DNA from: Epithemia pelagica
Taxonomy: Eukaryota; Protista; Bacillariophyta
Reading direction: 5' to 3'
Length of the DNA: 64,000 bases
Assembly: GCA_946965045.2 (NCBI GenBank)
Contig: OX337230.1
Span: forward strand, 2,728,001 to 2,792,000
The position numbers and the translations under genes are program-made. Positions 55,778 to 64,000 of this stretch are shown here, piece after piece. Positions within the stretch are counted from its first letter, which is position 1, and the number at the start of each line of letters is the position of its first letter. Under the pieces are notes generated by a model that saw only the letters and a list, made by a program, of their open reading frames with translations, did not search any database and was not told where the DNA came from.

Positions 55778-55951
55778 TCACTCGAGTCTTCGGATCCAAA
55801 CCTCTCGTGCATGTATTGGGGCAAACTGAAGAAGAAAGACGTTCATGATGTTGATTCACCAAACAAAACAGGATATAGCTTGTGTTGTGGCCAGCGGTAA
55901 ATTAAGTTTGAAAAATTGTCAGAGTTCAGCTAGATATCATTTGGATCAAAC

Positions 55952-56473
55952 TTAAAGATTGAAGGATCGACCGTATCCGAGATCCCGGAAAACGCTACAG
56001 GAAGAAACTTTCCCCGATGCTACGTCCACCGTGGCCTTAACTTGACCAACCATTGTTCCTCTTCCCTCACTTTCGTTAGTTTGACCCAGCCCAAACGGCA
56101 TGGGGACGGCGGAGAGTCCGCGTCCACTTTTACGAAAAGCAGCATTGAATCGCACAGCAACGGATCCCGCCACTGGTGAACCGTATCCTACGACCACCGT
56201 CACTCGGTCCAAACGTCCCAGTTCATCATTGGCCTTGGAATCCTTTCGTAATGCTGCTACAACCTTGTCGATTGCTGTTTGGGCTTCCCGTTCTGAGATC
56301 TGAGCACGAAGAAGTGTCTTCGCTGGTCGGTGCAACCGATGGATCTGATTCGCATACTGACGACGGTGTGCGACTTGATGAAGGAAGCTACAACATGGAG
56401 AACATTGAAGAAAACATAGCACAATCAGAACGAAAGTCCATGTTCGACTTTGCGACAGATTGCATCCACTCAT
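55952..56473 (-). CDS. Hypothetical protein with signal peptide (probably plastid-targeted)
   Basis: Hydrophobic N-terminus ending CCSF, then a basic transit-like region; 173 aa. Confidence 0.7.
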   Translation of the reverse strand: MSGCNLSQSRTWTFVLIVLCFLQCSPCCSFLHQVAHRRQYANQIHRLHRPAKTLLRAQISEREAQTAIDKVVAALRKDSKANDELGRLDRVTVVVGYGSPVAGSVAVRFNAAFRKSGRGLSAVPMPFGLGQTNESEGRGTMVGQVKATVDVASGKVSSCSVFRDLGYGRSFNL

Positions 56474-56773
56474 ATCGATATTCGTTAAGAGAGCAAACGG
56501 AGCGATGTTTTTGGAGGTACAGAGTTCAGTGTTGATGTTTTATGTTTGATGATCTTCCGAGTTCAACTCCATCCCGGTCGCCCATCTACCGTTAAAGGGG
56601 CCCCCCTGCTCCATGCCCCGTATTGGAGTTTTGGATTTGGTTGTTTTGAGCCCCGATGCCGATGACGGACGTTGCATCATTACTATGATGCTTACTGTAG
56701 GAGGTCGGCGTTTCGCGTTTCGCGATGCTGTTTTTGGTGCTTGTTACAGCGATTCATTCAACGACGACTAACG

Positions 56774-57867
56774 ATGTTGCGTGCGTCCAGATCAATTCTA
56801 TCGTTCAGGCGAAGGTGAGTGACTGAGTAAAGAAAACCCTTCTCTCGTTCTGACTAGCAACAGAGAAGGATGGTGCAGGGAGAAGCGACTACGAGATTGT
56901 ACGATATCGGTAACATCTTATCTTACGATGTCCCGTTTTTCCCCTTGCACCAGCGCCAAGTTTCTGGGACCCTCTTGCCAAAACTTCCATGTTTCGGCTC
57001 GTCGTGAGGAGGAAGCAAAATCAGTAGAAGCTTCTAAGGAAGCTGACGACGGTTGGTACACACCGGCCTACGGAATTGCGGCCGGTCTTACCGTTGCCGT
57101 TCCTGCCATCCATTACCAATGGTACTTGATCAATGAAGAAACCCAGGTACATGGAACAAGCTCAAGAGTAAAATTTGGTTGTCTGTATCACCGTGTGTCT
57201 CAAATGTTTTTTGTTTATTTTACAGCTGGCGGCTTGTTTCATTGCATTCTGCGGTGTTTTCTACAAACAATTTGGTAATTCGATTTACGAGTCTTTGGAA
57301 GAAGAGGGTAAACGTATGCTTGTCGAGACAAACAAGGCGGAAGATGCTGTCATCAGCAATTTGGAGGAAACAATCGAGGACCTTAAGTCTGGACAAGGTC
57401 TTCTTGAGCAATTGGAGGCGATGAAGGAGCTGACAGAGGAGACTTATGCGAAACAAAACGCCACGGGAAAAATCAAGCCCCTTTACGCGTACAAGACACA
57501 AGTGGAGAAGCTCTTGTCGGTAATTGCTTCGGAAGAAGCTGCAGGCGAGGAGAAGGCGAAAATGGCGTTGATGGAGGAAGCAACTGCTGTTGTCCAGGCT
57601 AACTTCGCTTCTGATAAGAGTCTGAAGAAGAAGGCTTTGTCCAACGCAGTTGCTGTACTTAAAGGCGCTAAATCTGACTCTGATCCTGTTAAGGATGCCT
57701 ACATGGCCTTCTTTGCGCTCAAGAAAGCTGAAGCTGCAAAGATTGATGAGGCTGCTGAAATCCAGGAGGCGCGTGCTTCTTTGATCACGAAGCTCAACAC
57801 AGTTGCAATGACCGAAAAATTCTACTTCAACTTTGATGCCTCTGGAACACCCAAAATGATTGCTTAA
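56774..57867 (+). CDS. ATP4: Mitochondrial ATP synthase F0 subunit b-like protein
   Basis: Exons 56774-56814, 56954-57146 and 57226-57867 splice in frame. Basic presequence MLRASRSIL, two TM helices around WYLINEETQ, then a long helical stalk. Confidence 0.7.
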
Positions 57868-57922
57868 TCACAGGATTAGTACATCGGATTTTTTATTTAT
57901 CTCTCCAGACTTAAAATCATGA

Positions 57923-58804
57923 TTAGCTGAGGGCGGACATAAATGATGGTTTGACAGCCAATGCCTCCGTGGTAATAACTTTGTCAATCAGACCGTATTC
58001 CACAGCTTCGTCGGGTTGCAGATACTTGACTCGACTACAATCATCGATCACAGTTGCCAAAGGCTTTCCACTTGCTGAGGCAATAAGCTCGCATAGCTTG
58101 CGTCGGTTTTGTTGCACTTCTTTCGCCTTGATCGCAATGTCCGAGGCCTGCCCTCTTGCCTGTGATTTCGGTTGATTGAGCAAGATTGTCGCATTCGGGA
58201 GAGCATATCGTTGTCCACGCTTCCCCTGTGCCAACAACATTGCAGCCGCTCCAAAGGCCTGACCCAAAGCGACCGTGTGTACGGGTGGGCGAACGTACTT
58301 CATAACATCGGCAATCGCAAAGGCTTCTGTCTCGAATCCTACCGGTTGTCCATTGGCAGTGGTGGTACCTGATGAATTGATGTACATGGTAATTGGGTCC
58401 GAAGTCGATTCGTAGTTTAAATAAAGAAGTTCCGCAATGATGAGCTCTGTCACCGCCGGAACAAGAGGCATACCGATGTAGATGATCCGGTTGTGCAAAA
58501 GCAGCGATGGAAGATCTGGCGGCGGTCCAATACGTACACCTTCAGGACAAGTAGAACAAAAGAGTCAGATGGCAAGCGGGTCATTTTCAAGTCACTGACA
58601 GCGAATCTTACCATCATAGTACTCATCCTGATACGCTCTTTCAGCACCACCAGCCACCATCTGTACGAAAGATGGACGACGAACAGGAGTGGCTCCCACG
58701 TTCGACTCGGTTGAAATACTTGAGCGAAGGGGACGTGCCGGCGAGAAGGCTGCTGCCCCTTGGACGTTCAAGAGAAGAGTCATAATCAACGCACAAAATT
58801 TCAT
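57923..58804 (-). CDS. clpR: Plastid Clp protease non-catalytic subunit (ClpR-type)
   Basis: Exons 58804-58612 and 58539-57923. Signal peptide plus AAAFSP; PPDLPSLLLHNRIIYIG. Catalytic Ser and His positions are replaced (GQAFGAAA, LLNQP). Confidence 0.85.
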
Positions 58805-59413
58805 TGTTGTTTCCACTAAGCTTCTTTACAAGGAAGATTTCGCACACTGACTATAGAAAAGGTGGTGCAGAGAGATCTTTGATCTTTGTTAAAACCGAGA
58901 GAGAGAAGAGTTGTCATCTTTCTTGCCTCGAGGATGCTGCTGGCGTGGTACTGTTTACGGCTATAGTAAATAAGTCAGCAGATTTCGTCAATCTCGAGAA
59001 AGCTCCACGTGTCTTTTGGGTCAGAGGTCAGATGAGACGGGACCCCTCCGCGTAGGAGATGATGGCCGGTGGCGTCCTCTGTATCATGGTTTGTTTGTAA
59101 TTTCCGTCTAGAACTGCTTCATCTATCTATTGTGACGGCGAGAAATATAAACCTCCCACTGTCTGCTGCGACCGCGAGAGCGAGAGAGGCATCATCAAGG
59201 GTATAGCTCAACCATTCCCGCGGTTTCAGTTCTATATCTGGATCCTTCCAGTAACGAATAATGCCGTCGAACAACGGATATTAACAGAGAGGTGTCGTCG
59301 TTTCTGATTTTCAGTGAGCTGGTTTTGCTCTTCGTCAGCAATCTACTCAAGAGGGAAAATATCTCCGCAGACCGCTGTCGGCCGGAACAATCACTTTGAC
59401 GTCTATATAGGCG

Positions 59414-59476
59414 GAATTGATGGAGTAACGGTCACTAGCTAGTGCTTAGGTTCGACTCCTAAGTGCTCCTCCTTTT
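59414..59476 (+). ncRNA. tRNA-like sequence with A/B boxes and T4 terminator, too short for a canonical tRNA
   Basis: TGGAGTAACGGT (A-box-like), perfect T-arm TTAGG-TTCGACT-CCTAA, GGAGTAA/GTGCTCC acceptor-like pairing, then TTTT. Confidence 0.4.
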
Positions 59477-59689
59477 CCAGCCACGACAACACTGTCCTTC
59501 GTGCTTTTAAGTGTCAACTATCATTTTGACATGCCTCTTTGGTCTTTCGTTCTTATAAGCTATTGAAGAATAAAAAAAGACTCTTTGACAACCTTCGACG
59601 CAACGGATCCATGTCAAACAATGAGACATCAGACAAACGACAGATAGTCCTTAGTAAGTCATCAATTACTGATTCTACGTTGAAAATGC

Positions 59690-60928
59690 TTATTCCTTCT
59701 TGGATTCATCTTCTTTTTCTTTGGCTTTTCGGAGTGCCTCCTGGATCTCGGGATCATTTGTGTCCACGCCTTCTGCAGAACCAAGTAGTTCATTCACGAA
59801 GGACGGATCTTGGAACTGTTGCTGTCCAGCAGCATTGGATTCATCTTGTGTGTCGTGCTGCATAGACATTTGCAAAGCCATTTGCATGGCAGCGTCGTCA
59901 TCCTCATCCAACTCCATTCCTTCGGCCGTGCCACCGGATTTCTCTTCTTTTGCTTCCGCAGGTGCGGCAGTGGACGCAGTAGGTTCGTTCTCGTTCATCG
60001 ACATGGCTAGTGCCTGTTGCAGTAGGGCCTCTTCTTCCGAAAGGCCCATGTCATCTGCCTCCGCCATGGTTGTATCCGTGGAAGCAGCAGCAGCAGCCGC
60101 AGGTTCTGATGTAGCACCTTCGTCACTACCACCATCCGTTGAAGCTTGCGCTGCGGCCGCTCGCTCTTGCCGTACACGTTCCTCTTCCATACTAACACGT
60201 AGTGCCATGGCAAGTTCGGGGTCCATGTTTGGATCAACACCTCCATATTCGGCAAAGTTATTGGCATTGCCACCAGGTGAGGATCCCATAGCTGCTGCTG
60301 CAGCGGACGCGACAAAGGCTCCACCTGCGCCCAGAATCGGGCTACTACTCAAGACATCCGAAGGGAGTACACCAGCAGGAATAGTTACCAAATGACACGT
60401 CCTTTCATTTTCATCGTCACTGCGTCCATTGGCGGCATCCACCAATTCCTTGAGTTTCGGTTCGTTTTCTTCAAGTTCTCCCATCGCAACAACATCAATT
60501 GCGATATTATTCTTTTTCAACTGACGGCCTGCTTTCTGGAGAGCCTTGACTTCACTTTCCAATGGTGTTCCAACAAAAGCCACAATTCGTTGGCCACCAT
60601 TTTTCTCTGGTCTATGCTTAAGTGCAAGACTCGCAACTTGTACAGCAGCTGTCAGATCCGAGTTGGATGTTTGCATCGTCTGAGACCCTCCACCCATGGT
60701 CTTTGTAGCATCGTGCAGAGCCCCAAGTATTTTTCCGATCTCCTGAGTCGGGCTTACCAAAACTTGTGTTCCGGCCGCAACACCAACAGTGGATTGTGCA
60801 TGAGATTGCGTTTTGGCACCCACCAACAGGTTGGCGGCGTCTTGCTGCGCTTCCAATCGTGTGGGAACATAGTCACCATTGCGCATATACTCAGAGCAAT
60901 CCAAAAGGACGATGCAAGACTCTAACAT
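59690..60928 (-). CDS. RPN10: 26S proteasome ubiquitin receptor Rpn10/PSMD4
   Basis: vWA start MLESCIVLLDCSEYMRNGDYVPTRL, RIVAFVGTP and three UIMs (LAMALRVSM, LQQALAMSM, MQMALQMSM). Confidence 0.95.
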   Translation of the reverse strand: MLESCIVLLDCSEYMRNGDYVPTRLEAQQDAANLLVGAKTQSHAQSTVGVAAGTQVLVSPTQEIGKILGALHDATKTMGGGSQTMQTSNSDLTAAVQVASLALKHRPEKNGGQRIVAFVGTPLESEVKALQKAGRQLKKNNIAIDVVAMGELEENEPKLKELVDAANGRSDDENERTCHLVTIPAGVLPSDVLSSSPILGAGGAFVASAAAAAMGSSPGGNANNFAEYGGVDPNMDPELAMALRVSMEEERVRQERAAAAQASTDGGSDEGATSEPAAAAAASTDTTMAEADDMGLSEEEALLQQALAMSMNENEPTASTAAPAEAKEEKSGGTAEGMELDEDDDAAMQMALQMSMQHDTQDESNAAGQQQFQDPSFVNELLGSAEGVDTNDPEIQEALRKAKEKEDESKKE

Positions 60929-61378
60929 TGTTTCCAAAGACTCTCGAAGGTTAAATGACGACACAAATGGATGTATTCCTGGCAACAACGACAATCAAAG
61001 GAGATGTGTGTGAGAAATGAGAAGAAGCGATAAGATCTCTTTGCGCTGCACACGCGTCACAAACGCGACTGGAGATCTATGTACATGTATCGGGGCAGGT
61101 AAGGTTACTCCTACAATTCCTTTGTTCTCGTCAACGAGAAGGAATAATTGTAAGAGGAAATGATCTCTCTAGCCAACAATTAATCGACTGTAGGATTAGG
61201 AGCTTGCAGTTACACTGAGAAAGACCGCTAGAGAGGACTCAATAGCGTTCATTGCTGCAGGAATTAACAACAGCGGTAGCCCAAAAGCGCAGTATTGTGG
61301 GCTATTTCCGTGATGTTGTTTTCCGTGTTATGGTTGCTTTCATTAATGCAGGACATGTTCTCCCGTTGACATGGCCCA

Positions 61379-61917
61379 TTATTGCTGAGCAGAGCCTGTC
61401 GGCAATTCGTATATCTTGATCAAGTTTCCGCCTTTACCAAACCTAAACGAGCCATAGGCAAGGGAAATGGCCATCAAGACTACAATGGCAACCCAATTGA
61501 CAAGGGAATGGCGATCCGTAAATTGTGCTCTCGTGACAGCAGCAGCTTGTAGGACGTAACACACAAACAGAGCTTCACACACGTGTCTTCGGAACTTGCC
61601 ATCATCGACCTTGCGAATATGCCAAAGTATCCATCCACACGCTAAGCGAAGGCAGCCATACAACCTAAAGGGTCGAAGTGAAGTTGTTGTTAGTATAATC
61701 CGATGAATATTAACGAGAGAATGTGACACAAAAATTGGAAGTCTCGTCATGTATCTTACCGTAGGGTTTCGTGTACAGAATGGTTGTATGAGCCACCTCC
61801 CAGAGTAGCCAAGATTCCATGAGGAGCGGCAAGGGACATGATACCGAATGCTATTGAGACCACTGCATCCACAGCAAAAAGTTGGTCTAACTGCTTACGA
61901 GCGTTCTGATTCATCAT
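61379..61917 (-). CDS. Small multi-pass membrane protein
   Basis: Exons 61917-61760 and 61664-61379 join in frame (intron 61665-61759); about 4 TM segments. Confidence 0.75.
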
Positions 61918-62597
61918 TGCATGGTTGTTTACATGACGACGATGGGAAATGGTTGTGAGAAAAATGAGCCCCAAAATGTAGGTCGGTAGTGTCAGTAATC
62001 GTCAACTACTGACTGTCTGTTTGAGGAATTAGTCGCGCTTTTCTGCAGCGGTTTGCGCGCCGGCTGAAATGCAATTTGAACAGAAGTAACACAGCACGGT
62101 ATTTTAGTGTAATTAGGGGGTATCTGGTTGAATTTATCAGTCGCAACTCGTTGGGGGTTCAGGCAGGCGTGAAAGGCATATATAGATGTGAGAAACCGAA
62201 AGATGCGGGCAATAGAGCCACCGTATCGTTAGCGCGGTCCCTTTTAAAATGTAGGAATGATAGTGCGGTCGACGGGCGTGATAGGGCAACGAGAATCTAT
62301 ATGTTCATCTTCAAAACCGTACAACAAGTATTCCGACATCATTCAAACCCCCACAAAACGCATTCCCAGCCACATCTTGAAAGTTGCCCACATTACTGGA
62401 AAGGATCTCATCAAAGAGCCTTTTCTGGAAGTCAGCAATCGTCTATCGTCTACGAACAAACAAATCTTCCCTCGCACATTTCATTTTGATCTTGTCTTGC
62501 AATCAGGCTTCCATAACACCAACAGCAGGGCTAAAGGCTTTCGGATCGACGGATATCTTGCTCGAAATTGAGGGGATCCGTTTCAGATTCGACAACC

Positions 62598-64000
62598 ATG
62601 GCGACGACGACCCTGGGTGTGATAAACGATACGAAGAGACCTTCGTCAATCCATGCTGGTGGTGGGAAAGACATGATTGCACCAGATTATCCGTCACATC
62701 GGCCGAAAAGTACAACATCTTTGGGGAATGGAAGTGTTTCTCGAACTGACGGTTCGACCGAATTCTCTGTAGGAGGAGCTTGCTACCGATACACCAGTAC
62801 CGACAACTCTGAAAACGTCAACAATAAGCATATAACCTCGATCCCTGGAATGTCATCCTCATCGCGACATAACGTGATGGAGTCGAGAGATCCTTTGTCG
62901 ACAGTGGTTGGGACGTGTCTTGCAGGGAGCTCGAATAGTTTTGCACCACCGAAACCTGGGAGTGACCGAAAACCGTCATCATCATCGACCGCTAGCCAGT
63001 CCAACCCTAAGGCAGATGGATCTGAGTCCATACTTATTGAAGAACGCCGGCGGAAGTCTGGAGGTGAAGGATATACCACTCACCAATATATGAGAGGGAG
63101 ATTGCTTGGAAAAGGTGGCTTTGCAAAAGTGTACCTGTGTACCGCCATGGAAACAGGAAAACATTATGCAATGAAGATTGTTCCTAAAGCTAATCTTGTT
63201 AAGGAGCGAGCACGACAAAAGGTAAGATGAGGATCTCGTTCAGATTATGCAAATGCTACATGCTTACATGGATAATTGTTTGTAGCTTCAAACCGAAATC
63301 AAGATTCACCGAACGCTCAAGCATAAGAATGTGTGTGAGTACAAGCATTTCTTTGAAGATCGCGAAAACTGCTACATTCTGCTTGAGCTTTGCCACAACC
63401 AGAGTATGAACGAGATGATTAAGAGGAGAAAACGGCTTTCCGAACCAGAGGCCGCCTTTTTTATGGACCAGATGGTTGCTGGTGTCAAGTACATCCATTC
63501 CAACAGTGTCATTCACAGAGACTTGAAACTTGGTAATCTTTTTCTCGACAAAGATTTAAACATTAAGGTGGGAGACCTTGGATTGGCCACAAGGCTGGAA
63601 GATCCGGATGAGAAACGAAAGACCATTTGTGGAACTCCAAACTACATTGCACCGGAAGTGATTCAAAACGACAAGAGCAAACGTGGTCACTCGTTCGAGG
63701 TGGATATCTGGTCAATGGGTGTGGTGCTTTACACGATTCTTGTCGGAAAGCCCCCTTACGAAGCCAAGGACGTCAAGGCGACGTATCAACGTATTTTGGC
63801 CAACGAATACAGATTTCCGGATCACGTAACTCTATCCGAAACTGCGATGGACCTTATTGAATCAATGCTACAAAGCAACCCGTATGAACGGTGAGTACGC
63901 TGATGATAATTTATTGACTCATCTTATAAGATTGTGCCTCACTTCAACTCTTGTGATACTCGTTCAGACCCTCTCTTGAGTACATATCGTGTCACCCCTT
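62598..64000 (+). CDS. PLK1: Polo-like kinase, 5' part (runs off the window)
   Basis: Exons 62598-63221, 63286-63890 and 63968-end; LGKGGFAKVY, LELCHNQSM, HRDLKLGNLFL and KTICGTPNYIAPE. An additional upstream exon cannot be excluded. Confidence 0.92.

Noticed and set aside
59100-59400. snRNA/SRP/RNase P/telomerase RNA upstream of the tRNA-like motif
   Set aside because: None of the hallmark motifs could be recognised.
59414-59476. Canonical tRNA gene
   Set aside because: No anticodon arm, and no upstream 5' half that pairs with GTGCTCC and carries a proper D-arm was found.

Overview
Eukaryotic nuclear DNA, very likely from a pennate diatom (inference from ASAFAP-type plastid presequences, CoDi-like Copia elements and short GT-AG introns). 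The window has two halves. Positions 1 to ~31,000 are a transposon island with no recognisable host gene. It holds a PIF/Harbinger-like element split by a pogo (DD35D) element carrying a second, HIRAN-like ORF, fragments and one long copy of a CRE/Ambal-like non-LTR retrotransposon, a GIY-YIG fragment, a higher-order minisatellite, and two adjacent young Copia elements (one intact, one non-autonomous). Positions ~31,300-64,000 are gene-dense: TLC protein, WDR18/IPI3, THUMP, PHD-bromodomain, RPT2, VTT, ATP synthase b, ClpR, RPN10 and PLK1, interrupted by a third intact Copia element and two non-autonomous TIR elements. The most striking signal is in the third Copia (34466-40780). It has no tRNA-type PBS. 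Instead the 14 nt directly after the 5' LTR are the exact reverse complement of 14 nt inside its own LTR, next to an initiator-like motif. This is the geometry of Tf1-type self-priming, which I know only from Gypsy elements. The other two Copia elements have a PBS that fits an anticodon-cleaved half-tRNA (Asn/Lys-like). Both intact Copia elements carry an extra ORF upstream of gag-pol. All alignments and counts were made by eye; no searches were run.
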